NCBI GenBank assembly: GCA_963770565.1
Contig: CAVYQE010000011.1
Location: 224,001-288,000 of the forward strand
Reading direction: 5' to 3'
From: an uncultured Actinomycetota bacterium
Lineage (GTDB): Bacteria > Actinomycetota > Actinomycetes > JAFAQI01
DNA length: 64,000 nt
Part shown: positions 50,627-59,249 of the stretch, one piece after another
Position numbering within the stretch: position 1 is the first letter of the stretch
Layout: each line of letters opens with the position of its first letter
The notes under the pieces: generated by a model
Seen by the model: only the letters and a program-made list of their open reading frames with translations
Database searches by the model: none
What the model was told of the DNA's origin: nothing
Position numbers and translations under genes: made by a program

Positions 50627-51673
50627 CTATCGCGCCCAGGCCACGACCGGGCCGTCGACCGCAACAGTCGCGACCGACCCGCGGTCCCACCCGAGGCCAC
50701 CCCTGACGCGTACGACGAGCACCGGCGCGTCGCCGTGCAGCGGCTTGAGCCGAACGATCGCGTCATGTCCGTAGAACTCGTGGTCGACGACCTCGCAGGC
50801 ATCGGGCTGTCCGGGCTGTGCGCGAGACAGCTGCAGTTGTTCCGGCCGCACCATCACGGTTGCCGCGCGGCCGCTGGTGTCCGGGTCGGGCGACCCGTGC
50901 AGCGCCAGTCGCCCGAGTGCGGTGGTCACGGCATCGCCGTCGAAGGTGCCGGCGATGAGGTTGACCTCGCCGACGAAGTGCGCGAGATCGGCGTCGACCG
51001 GTCTGGTGTAGAGCGCCTGCGGGCTGTCCAGCTGCGCGATTACGCCGTCGCGCAGCACGGCGACCCGGTCGGACATCGACAGTGCCTCGTCCTGGTCGTG
51101 CGTGACCAGCAGCGCGGTCATGCCCGCCGTACGAAGAATCCTCAGTACGTCGGCGCGCACGCTCGCGCGCAGAGAGGCATCGAGTGAGGCGAACGGCTCG
51201 TCGAGCAGGACCAGTCGCGGGCTGACCGCGAGGGCGCGAGCCAGCGCGACGCGCTGCTGTTGCCCGCCGGAGAGCTGATGCGGATAGCTGCGGGCCCGAT
51301 CGGCGAGCCCAATCATCTCGAGCAGGTCGGCCACCTTCTGCTTGGCCTCCGCGCTACGGGACAGGCCGAACCGGATGTTGCCCGCCACGGTGAGATGCGG
51401 GAACAGGTTGCCTTCTTGTGGCACGTACCCGATCCGGCGCCGCTCGGGCGCGACGAAATGGGTGGCGTCATCGACGATCTCGTCGTCGAGCTGGACCGAT
51501 CCGCTCTGGGCCCGCTCGAAGCCGCAGATGACGCGAAGCAAGGTGGTCTTCCCGCTGCCGGACGGGCCGAGGATCGCGGTGATCGTGCCGGCCTCGACCC
51601 GCAGGTCAACGCCCGTCAGCACCGGCTTCGCGCCGAACCCCTTGACGAGGTCGGACACGACCAGGCTGGTCAA
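50627..51673 (-). CDS. fbpC: Fe3+ ABC transporter ATP-binding protein
   Basis: GPSGSGKTT, Q...LFPHL.V, LSGGQQQRVA, TOBE; TTG start estimated. Confidence 0.85.
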   Translation of the reverse strand: MTSLVVSDLVKGFGAKPVLTGVDLRVEAGTITAILGPSGSGKTTLLRVICGFERAQSGSVQLDDEIVDDATHFVAPERRRIGYVPQEGNLFPHLTVAGNIRFGLSRSAEAKQKVADLLEMIGLADRARSYPHQLSGGQQQRVALARALAVSPRLVLLDEPFASLDASLRASVRADVLRILRTAGMTALLVTHDQDEALSMSDRVAVLRDGVIAQLDSPQALYTRPVDADLAHFVGEVNLIAGTFDGDAVTTALGRLALHGSPDPDTSGRAATVMVRPEQLQLSRAQPGQPDACEVVDHEFYGHDAIVRLKPLHGDAPVLVVRVRGGLGWDRGSVATVAVDGPVVAWAR

Positions 51674-51677
51674 TGCA

Positions 51678-53255
51678 TCACATCCGCTGTGAGGGAAGGC
51701 GGTCGAACCACCGTCCGAGAACAAGGCTTGGCACCGCCGCGATGCCCATCATCAGCAACGCGAAGGGTGCCGCTTGACTGTAGGACAGGTTCTGTTGGTA
51801 GGCCCAGAACTGGGTCGCCAAGGTCTGGACCCCGGTCGGGATCAGGATCAGCGTGGCGGTCAGCTCCGTCACCACCGACAGGAACACCAGGCAGAACCCG
51901 GCCGCGAGGCCCGGTGCCAGCAGCGGCACGGTGACCCGGACCAACACCGACGTTCTACGACGGCCGAGTGACCGCGCGACATCGTCGAGGCGGGCCGGCG
52001 CGCGTACGGCCGACGCTCTGACCGCGACCAGTGCGAGCGGGAAGAACAAGATCGCGTACGCGACGATGAGCAACTCGGGGGTCTGGTACAGGTAGCCGCT
52101 GGCATAGCGCTCGACGAAGTAGGACACCGCGAGCGCGGTGACGATGCCGGGCATGGCAAGCACCAACAACGTGCTGCGCTCGAGCAGGTTCGTGATCCGG
52201 CGTGGGTATCGGACCGACAGCAGGGCGACCGGCAACGCAGCGATGGTCGCAAGCGCGCCGGCGGCCGCGGCGTACATCGCGGTGTGACCGGCCGCACTGA
52301 CAAGCGAGACGCCGGTGATCGCGGGCGCCCGGCCGACGACCATCCAGTAGACACTCGCACCGACCGGCACGCCGACTGCCAGCCCGATCAGGGCGAGGAA
52401 CCCGAAAAGCACCGGAAGGGTTGCGCGACCCAGGTTGTGCCGCCGGGTGACCCGCTGCGCCTGCTGGCCGGTGTGCGCCACCTGGCCGCGCGATCGGACC
52501 CGCAACTCGCTCCCGACCGCCACGATGCTCAGGACCACCAGGACAAGTGACAGCGCGCATGCACCGGGCAGGTCGAAGACGTGGAACTCGGTGAAGATCT
52601 CGGTGGTGAAGGTGCGGTAGCCGAGGATCTCGAACGCGCCGTACTCGGCCAGCATCACCAGTGAGACGAGCAGGCACCCGCCGAGGATCGCTCCGCGGGC
52701 TTGGCCGATCGTGACCCGCCAGAAGGTGCGGAGCCGACCCACGCCGAGGCTGCGCGACATCTCTTCTTGCGCGGGGTCGGCATTGCGAAGGCTGGCGGCC
52801 ACCGGCAGGTGGACGAGCGGATAGACGGCGAGCGTCATGACGAGCACGGCGCCGCGGAATCCGGTGATGCTCGCGGACAGCGAGTTCCACCCGAAGCTGA
52901 CCACGAAGTCGGGAATCGCGAGCGGTACGACGACGAGCACCGCCCAGAGCTGTCGTCCCGGCAGGTTGGTGCGCTCGATGCACCAGGCGGTGGCGGTGCC
53001 GATCACGGCGCACAGGGCGGTGACGACGACGGTCAGCCGGACCGTGTTCCAGAGCAACTGGGCGGTGAGGTGGCGCAGCAGGAGCTGTCGGACCTCGGTC
53101 GCGCCCGAGTGCTCGGTGAGGATGATCAGGAACACCAGCGGCAGCGCCAGGACCGCCGCGACCAGCGTGCTGATCGCGAACAATGTGCGCGGCGCGTGCG
53201 CGCTGCCGTACCGCAAACGAGCGACGGCCGGACGGACCGGTGCGCTGATCGCCAC
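51678..53255 (-). CDS. fbpB: Fe3+ ABC transporter permease (duplicated-domain type)
   Basis: Two EAA-like loops (EE.SRSLG, DDVARSLG), PLAIP.FV, EL.ATL.L.P. Confidence 0.88.
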   Translation of the reverse strand: MAISAPVRPAVARLRYGSAHAPRTLFAISTLVAAVLALPLVFLIILTEHSGATEVRQLLLRHLTAQLLWNTVRLTVVVTALCAVIGTATAWCIERTNLPGRQLWAVLVVVPLAIPDFVVSFGWNSLSASITGFRGAVLVMTLAVYPLVHLPVAASLRNADPAQEEMSRSLGVGRLRTFWRVTIGQARGAILGGCLLVSLVMLAEYGAFEILGYRTFTTEIFTEFHVFDLPGACALSLVLVVLSIVAVGSELRVRSRGQVAHTGQQAQRVTRRHNLGRATLPVLFGFLALIGLAVGVPVGASVYWMVVGRAPAITGVSLVSAAGHTAMYAAAAGALATIAALPVALLSVRYPRRITNLLERSTLLVLAMPGIVTALAVSYFVERYASGYLYQTPELLIVAYAILFFPLALVAVRASAVRAPARLDDVARSLGRRRTSVLVRVTVPLLAPGLAAGFCLVFLSVVTELTATLILIPTGVQTLATQFWAYQQNLSYSQAAPFALLMMGIAAVPSLVLGRWFDRLPSQRM

Positions 53256-54358
53256 TAGTCCGTCACCCCCGCCTTGCTCCTCGATGTCACAACAGCTGGG
53301 TCTGCTTCGAGCAGCGCGACCGCGGCCCGGCCGTCGCCGAGCTGCTCGAGGTCGATCGGGTTGGGTTGCAATTGGTTGAACGGCGTCTCGGGTTGAGCAG
53401 TGGTCACGCCCGAGCCGAGCGGATATTCGAAGCTGCTGCTGCGCGCGATGATCTCCTGGCCGGCCCGGCTGGTGAGATACGCCACGAAACGTTGCGCGGC
53501 CGATTGATGCTGGCTTGACGCGAGCACTGCTGCGCCGGATACGTCGAGGACGTAGCCCGGGTCCTTTGGCGCGAGAAACGCGATCCGGGAGTGGTCGTTC
53601 GACGCGCCGACCTCGGCGTTCAGCCGGTACCAGTAGTACTGGTTGATCAATCCGAACGCGACCTGACCGCGGCTGACCTGGCTGGCGATCGTCTCGTTGT
53701 CGGGATAGGTGTGGCTGCTCCCGGCGTTGGCCTTCACGCCCTCGAGCCAGGTCTTCGTGGCCGCCGAACCGTAGCGGTTGATCATCGAGGTGACGATCGG
53801 CTGGAAGTCGGTCTCGCCGGGGGCGATCGCCAGCTTGCCCTTGTATTGCGGGTCGGCCATCGCCATCGCAGTCTTCGGTAGCTGGCTCGCCGAGATCATT
53901 GACGGGTTGTAGTCCAGGACGCTGACTCGCGCCGAGATGCCGACCCAGTCACCTTTGGCCGAGTTGTAGCGGCTCGGCACGTTGGCCAGGGTCGAAGGCT
54001 CGATCGGCGCGAGCAGGTTGCGGTCCTCGAGGAACTGAAGCGCCGGCGTGTTCTCGGTGTAGATGACGTCTGCCTTCGACCGCGAGCCTTCGGTCTGGAT
54101 CTCGTTGTCGAAGACATCCTCGTCGTCGCTGCGCACGGCGACGTTGATTCCGGTCTGCTTCTCGAAGCCGGCGACCAGCGCATCGGTGGTCTGCTGGTGT
54201 TGGCCGTTGTAGAGCGTGATGGTCACGTGCCCGCCCGACCCCGGGCCGGCCGAGCCCGATGACCCGCACCCGGCGATCGCAGTCGCAACCAGGGCGGCGA
54301 GCACGATCAGGCCGGCTTCCGGCCGGCCGATCCGGCGGGGGTGGGGCACGAGCGGCAT
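53255..54358 (-). CDS. fbpA: Fe3+ ABC substrate-binding lipoprotein
   Basis: Lipobox IAGC; Y.G.H, EG..S.ADV, W.G...R..V..YN, GL.N.YY, EYP. Confidence 0.88.
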   Translation of the reverse strand: MPLVPHPRRIGRPEAGLIVLAALVATAIAGCGSSGSAGPGSGGHVTITLYNGQHQQTTDALVAGFEKQTGINVAVRSDDEDVFDNEIQTEGSRSKADVIYTENTPALQFLEDRNLLAPIEPSTLANVPSRYNSAKGDWVGISARVSVLDYNPSMISASQLPKTAMAMADPQYKGKLAIAPGETDFQPIVTSMINRYGSAATKTWLEGVKANAGSSHTYPDNETIASQVSRGQVAFGLINQYYWYRLNAEVGASNDHSRIAFLAPKDPGYVLDVSGAAVLASSQHQSAAQRFVAYLTSRAGQEIIARSSSFEYPLGSGVTTAQPETPFNQLQPNPIDLEQLGDGRAAVALLEADPAVVTSRSKAGVTD

Positions 54359-54378
54359 GCGGGCGTCCTTCAGGTAGG

Positions 54379-54397
54379 TCAGGTATGCCTAACCTAA
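54379..54397. promoter_or_regulatory. IdeR/DtxR iron box
   Basis: TCAGGTATGCCTAACCTAA matches consensus TWAGGTWAGSCTWACCTWA at 17/19; 20 nt upstream of fbpA. Confidence 0.85.
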
Positions 54398-54546
54398 CTT
54401 GATGGCCGGTTGACGGCAAGGCCCAGGGGGAGTGATCGCAGGGTGATCCCGCTGAAGTAAGCGCAACGCCGCGCCGGGGCAACGCTTGCGCGATGATTCG
54501 ACTGGCCGGTCGGGACGGCCGTTTTCGGCGACGACGGGAGCGCGCA

Positions 54547-57087
54547 ATGGCTGAAGTCTCGAGCCGCCGGGCGCTGATCGCCGTGGTGGCGACGGTCGCG
54601 ATGGCCGCGACCGGGTGCGAGACGCTGACGGTGCACGCCGCGGAGCCGACGGTGGTGGGGGTGCGGGCGCCTGCCGTGCATCCCGGCGGCGGCGGATCCG
54701 TCGCCGGTCGCTCGTGCACCGCGAAGCACTTTCGGTTGGAGTCGACCAAGCGCGCGGCGGCACAGGCCCGCCGACTGGTCGCGCGGATGACCCTGTCGCA
54801 AGAGGTCGACCTCATGCACGGCCTCGGCTTCGGGGGCTCGCCGGCCGGAACCGTCGGCGGTACGACGCCGATACCGGCCCTGAAGGTGCCCGGCCTCTAC
54901 CAGGAGGACGGCCCCGGCGGGGTCGGCGACGGCGACGGCGGCGTGACCCAGCTGCCGGCTCCGATCGCGCTCGCGGCGACCTTCGACCCGGCTGCGGCGC
55001 GCTGCTACGGCCAGGTGATCGGGACCGAGGCGCGGGGAAAGGGCATCAGCCTGATGTACGCCCCGACGGTGAACCTCGTCCGGGTGCCGCAGTGGGGCCG
55101 GGCCTTCGAAAGCTTCGGCGAGGATCCCTATCTGTCCGGAACCGTTGGGCGCGCGGAGATCGATGGGATCCAGCGCAGCGGCGTGATGGCACAGGTGAAG
55201 CACTTCGCGGTCTACAACCAGGAGTCCAACCGCAACACCCGCGCCGACGACGCGATCGTTGCTGAGCGCACGTTGCAGGAGGTCTACCTCAAGGTCTGGC
55301 GCCTGCTTGCAAGGTCTGACCCGGCGTCGATGATGTGCGCGTACTCGACCATCAACGGCAAGGCGGCATGCCAGAACGCCCCGCTGCTGAGCGGCTTCCT
55401 GCGTCATCAGCTCCACTACGACGGCTTCGTCGGTTCCGACTACAACGCGACGGACTCGACGGTCGCCTCGGTCAACGCCGGGCTCGACCAGGAGCAACCC
55501 GGAGCTGACTTCCTCGGCGATTCGCTGATCGAGGCGGTGCACGACGGGTCGGTATCGCGAAGCGTCGTCAACACCGCGGCCACGCGCATCCTCACCCAGA
55601 TGTATCGGTTCCGGATGTTCACCGACGACCCGAAACCGCGGCCGCTCCGCAAGGTCGACACGCCGGCTGACGCGCAGGTCGCCCGCCGGATCGCCGAGGA
55701 GAGCACGGTCCTGCTGAAGAACCGCCGCGGCGCCTTGCCGTTGCCCGGCACGGTCAACCTGGCCGTGATCGGGCCGGCCGCTGGTGGCGCGACGACCTCG
55801 ACCGGCGACGGCACCGCGAGCGTTGTGTCACCAGGGACGGTCACCCCGATCAAGGGCATCCGTGGCCGTGCGGGCGCCGGCTCCTCGATCACCTACACCG
55901 CCGGGCTGCCACGCCTCAGCGGGTTGGCCGCGATTCCCCCGGCGGACCTGAGCCCGGCCTACCCGTCCGGGGGCACGAGCGGGAACTTCACCGCGACCCT
56001 GACCGCGCCCCAGACCGGCACCTACATCCTGAGCTTCACACCGGGAACGATCTATCAGCAGGTGATCCTGTCGGTTGACGGTGTGCCGTTGCTCAGCGAT
56101 CCCAACACCGGGCCGGTGTCGACGTACACCGCCTCGGTGCACCTCCGCGCCGGCAGCAAGCACACGCTGACCATTGCCGGTCCATCCGGGACGTTGACTT
56201 GGATGACGCCGAGTGTGGTGCACCCGCCGATCGCCGCGGCCGCGGCGGCAGCGGCGAAGGCTAAGACGGCCGTCGTCGTGGTGGGTGACGGCCAGGAGTC
56301 CGAGGCGGCCGATCGGGCGTCGCTGGCCTTGCCGTCAGCGCAGGACGCGTTGATCGATGCGGTCGCCGCCGCCAACCCGCACACCATCGTCGTGGTCGAG
56401 GCTGGCGCCGCGGTCGCGATGCCATGGTTGTCGAAGGTCGAGGCCGTGGTCGACCAGTGGTACCCCGGTCAGACCGACGGTACGTCGCTGGCAGCCGTGC
56501 TGTTCGGCGCGGTGAACCCCTCCGGCCACCTCCCGGTCACCTTCCCTGCCTCGATGGCGAAGACGCCGGTGGCGGCCCGCAGCCGATTCCCGGGAGTTCG
56601 CGGCCAGGTGCATTACACCGAGGGCCGCAACATCGGCTACCGGTGGTGGATCGACACTCACCACCGGCCGCTGTTCCCGTTCGGATTCGGGTTGTCCTAC
56701 ACGCGGTTCCGCTACGGCACTCCGCGGGTGACGGTGGGCGGCCCGGCCTCCGCGCCGGTCGTGACGGTGATTGAGCGGATCACGAACGTGGGTCATGTCG
56801 CCGGTGCTGACGTCGCGCAGGTCTACCTCGGATTCCCGAAGGCCGTGCACGAGCCCGATCGCCAGCTCGTCGCTTATCAACGGGCGTCGTTGCGACCCGG
56901 TCAGAGTGCGTTCGCGGTCTTCACGCTGCGCGGCCTTGCGTTGGCCTACTTCGCGAAGCACGGCTGGCGGATCCCGGCCGGTCGGTTCCGGGTGCTGGTC
57001 GGTGATTCGTCCGCGTCCGCGCAACTGAGCCAGCCGGTGCGCTTCCGGCTGGCGACCAGCGTCAGCCTGCCCGATTCGGTGGAGTGA
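54547..57087 (+). CDS. GH3 beta-glucosidase-like enzyme with PA14-like insert and FN3-like C-terminus, putative Tat-lipoprotein
   Basis: SRRALI + ATGC; DGP.G, R.P..GR.FE..GEDP, KHF, MCAY, GFV.SDY, YPGQ, PLFPFGFGLSYT. Confidence 0.92.
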   Translation: MAEVSSRRALIAVVATVAMAATGCETLTVHAAEPTVVGVRAPAVHPGGGGSVAGRSCTAKHFRLESTKRAAAQARRLVARMTLSQEVDLMHGLGFGGSPAGTVGGTTPIPALKVPGLYQEDGPGGVGDGDGGVTQLPAPIALAATFDPAAARCYGQVIGTEARGKGISLMYAPTVNLVRVPQWGRAFESFGEDPYLSGTVGRAEIDGIQRSGVMAQVKHFAVYNQESNRNTRADDAIVAERTLQEVYLKVWRLLARSDPASMMCAYSTINGKAACQNAPLLSGFLRHQLHYDGFVGSDYNATDSTVASVNAGLDQEQPGADFLGDSLIEAVHDGSVSRSVVNTAATRILTQMYRFRMFTDDPKPRPLRKVDTPADAQVARRIAEESTVLLKNRRGALPLPGTVNLAVIGPAAGGATTSTGDGTASVVSPGTVTPIKGIRGRAGAGSSITYTAGLPRLSGLAAIPPADLSPAYPSGGTSGNFTATLTAPQTGTYILSFTPGTIYQQVILSVDGVPLLSDPNTGPVSTYTASVHLRAGSKHTLTIAGPSGTLTWMTPSVVHPPIAAAAAAAAKAKTAVVVVGDGQESEAADRASLALPSAQDALIDAVAAANPHTIVVVEAGAAVAMPWLSKVEAVVDQWYPGQTDGTSLAAVLFGAVNPSGHLPVTFPASMAKTPVAARSRFPGVRGQVHYTEGRNIGYRWWIDTHHRPLFPFGFGLSYTRFRYGTPRVTVGGPASAPVVTVIERITNVGHVAGADVAQVYLGFPKAVHEPDRQLVAYQRASLRPGQSAFAVFTLRGLALAYFAKHGWRIPAGRFRVLVGDSSASAQLSQPVRFRLATSVSLPDSVE

Positions 57088-57097
57088 CCCGCCGCCC

Positions 57098-57850
57098 TCA
57101 GCTGTACATCAGCGAGCCGGGCGTGGTCAGCAGCTCGCCCGACTCGAGCCAGGTCTTCAGGCCGGACAGGATCATCGGCCAGCCGCCGTACAGCTGGTCG
57201 TTGGCGCCTTCGCGCATCTGGTCGTGAGTGACCAGCAGCCGGCACGAGTCACCGACCGGCTCGATGTCCCAGGTGACCCGTGATGCGCCCTCGGCCTTCA
57301 CGTCCTCGCCCCACAGCGCGATCATCGTGTGCACGAGCCGGCGCGGGGGATCGACCTCGAGCACCTCGCCCTCGCCAAGCAGGCTGGGCGCCTTGGGCGA
57401 GCTCATCTCAATCCGGGCCCCCGGGGTCCAGTCCGAATGCGCCTCCATGCCGAACTGGTACTTGCTCCGGATCGTGGGGTCCGTGATCGCCTCCCAGAGC
57501 CGTTCCGGGGTGGTGCGGATATAGATCTCGTAGACCTTTTCCATGGTCTTCTCCAGTTCGTGTTTGAGGTCGCTGAGCGTCGCCACCCAGGGTTCGGAGT
57601 ACTTGCTCACCCACCGGTCGTGGACTCCCCGGATCGGGACCGGGTTGAGGAAGTGGAGCTTTTCCCGGCCGCGCCGCCTGGTGACGACGAGGCCGGCCGC
57701 CTCGAGCTGCTTGAGGTGCTTCATGACCCCGAACCGGGTCATCGGAAAGCGTTCCTCGAGCTGGTGCAAGGTCTGGCCGTCGGCGCTGAACAGCGCGTCG
57801 AGCAGCTGCCGCCGGGTCGGATCGGCAAGCGCTTTGAAGACCTCGTCCAC
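57098..57850 (-). CDS. ArsR/SmtB regulator fused to an SRPBCC (AHSA1) domain
   Basis: DEVFKALADPTRR.LLD, KHL..LE.A.LV, then YEIYI.TTPE.LW.A.TDP...GW...LS.LK..LE. Confidence 0.92.
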   Translation of the reverse strand: MDEVFKALADPTRRQLLDALFSADGQTLHQLEERFPMTRFGVMKHLKQLEAAGLVVTRRRGREKLHFLNPVPIRGVHDRWVSKYSEPWVATLSDLKHELEKTMEKVYEIYIRTTPERLWEAITDPTIRSKYQFGMEAHSDWTPGARIEMSSPKAPSLLGEGEVLEVDPPRRLVHTMIALWGEDVKAEGASRVTWDIEPVGDSCRLLVTHDQMREGANDQLYGGWPMILSGLKTWLESGELLTTPGSLMYS

Positions 57851-57857
57851 GGCACTG

Positions 57858-57887
57858 AGATTAGGTGACCAATTGGTCACCTGTCAA
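57858..57887 (-). promoter_or_regulatory. Promoter (TTGACA-N18-TAATCT) with a perfect 20-bp palindromic operator
   Basis: AGGTGACCAATTGGTCACCT at 57863-57882 between the -35 and -10; GTG start 7 nt after the -10. Confidence 0.85.
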
Positions 57888-57891
57888 TCCA

Positions 57892-57946
57892 CACGGATGG
57901 CCCATGGGTGGGGCTATAGCCCCACGGATGGCCCATTGGTGGGGCT
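57892..57946. repeat. Two 24-bp direct repeats around an 18-bp perfect palindrome
   Basis: CACGGATGGCCCAT(G/T)GGTGGGGCT at 57892 and 57923; GTGGGGCTATAGCCCCAC at 57908-57925. Confidence 0.75.
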
Positions 57947-57966
57947 CGTGCTGAGTGCCGCCCGAG

Positions 57967-58692
57967 TCAGGGTGAAGTGGAAGGCGTCGGGATCGTCGTG
58001 ATCTTCGCCTTGGGCGGAAGGGTGAACAGCGACGACGACGGCGAACCGGTGTAGTTCTTGATCTCGAACTTGGTCTGGTCCGAGGCGACCTTCACGTAGC
58101 CGAGGATGCCCTGTGACGTCGTACAGATCGTGCTCTTGCCGGACACGCCGGTCGCAACGAAGTCGACGCAGCTCATCGCGAATCCGTTGACCGTCTTCGT
58201 CGACGAGGTCACCTTGTCTCCGGCGAATCCGGCGGCGAGGGAGAAGTCGCGCAGGAAGGTCACCCAGTGCGACGGCGTGTAGAAGTCGAAGATCTTGTTC
58301 TCGGTCTGCGACTTCACCGGGCCAAGCATCTGGCAGGACGGTCGTGCCCGCGAGCCGCTGGTCGGCACCTTGCAGTCGTACTCGCCGGTGGAGTTCACGA
58401 TGATCGACGTGCTGGTCTTGCCGTGCGCCGGGGTGTCGGTGAAAGCGAGGCCGTTCGGCGGTTGTACGGCGTAGACGATCGTGGCCGGCGAGGACCCGGT
58501 TGTGACATAGGTCGCCTGGAACGGGATCGCCTCGCTGGACTTCAGCTGGTTGGTGAACGACGCGATCGTCGCCTTGTTGCTGTCGACGTCGTGCCGGATC
58601 GTGTTGGCGGCCTTCACCGCCGCGCAACCGGTCAACGCGAGAGCGCCGAGTGCGATGAGAGCCGCGGCCCGCCGGCCGGGGTGTCTGGTCAT
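57967..58692 (-). CDS. Hypothetical lipoprotein (Thr/Ser-rich, possible LolA/LppX-like beta fold)
   Basis: Lipobox LTGC, paired Cys, C.T..G...YV, F.LP..A tail. Confidence 0.75.
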   Translation of the reverse strand: MTRHPGRRAAALIALGALALTGCAAVKAANTIRHDVDSNKATIASFTNQLKSSEAIPFQATYVTTGSSPATIVYAVQPPNGLAFTDTPAHGKTSTSIIVNSTGEYDCKVPTSGSRARPSCQMLGPVKSQTENKIFDFYTPSHWVTFLRDFSLAAGFAGDKVTSSTKTVNGFAMSCVDFVATGVSGKSTICTTSQGILGYVKVASDQTKFEIKNYTGSPSSSLFTLPPKAKITTIPTPSTSP

Positions 58693-58783
58693 GGCTTGCA
58701 TCTCCAGCCGCCGGAGCGAGACGAGGCCCCCCGGTCCCGCGTGCAAGCAGAATACGACGGCGATGATCGCTTAGGGTCGCATC

Positions 58784-59212
58784 GTGAGCGCGGCGGACGG
58801 GTTTCATCACCGGCTTCACCACGTCGTCCCATCCGACCTGTCCGATGTCACCGCTCAGACCCCGGGGATGACGCGGGTCGAGGCGCTGTCCGGTGCAACC
58901 GTCGGGTCGACGGCGTTGTGGATGGGGCAGACCCACGTCGCGCCCGGCACCCGGTCGGCCAACCATCACCACGGCGAGTCCGAGACCGGCATCTACGTCG
59001 CCAGCGGACATCCGGTCTTCGTGTTCCTCGACGGCGAGGTGGAGCGACGGTTGGAGACCAGCCCGGGCGACTACGTGTACGTGCCGCCGTGGGTCCCGCA
59101 TCGCGAGGAGAACCCCGATCCCGACGACGAGGCGGTTGTGGTGATAGCCCGCACCACACAGGAAGCAATCGTGATCAACGTGGACGATCTCCGCTGGTCG
59201 GAGCCGACCTAA
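58784..59212 (+). CDS. RmlC-like cupin protein
   Basis: S..HHHGE.ET.IYV..G, PGD..YVPP.VPH.E.N. Confidence 0.88.
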   Translation: MSAADGFHHRLHHVVPSDLSDVTAQTPGMTRVEALSGATVGSTALWMGQTHVAPGTRSANHHHGESETGIYVASGHPVFVFLDGEVERRLETSPGDYVYVPPWVPHREENPDPDDEAVVVIARTTQEAIVINVDDLRWSEPT

Positions 59213-59249
59213 CCCGAGGATCGACCGGCCCCGAGTTAGGGTGCCCGCC

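Noticed and set aside
57892-57946. CRISPR array
   Set aside because: Only two repeats with a 7-nt gap, and no cas genes in the window
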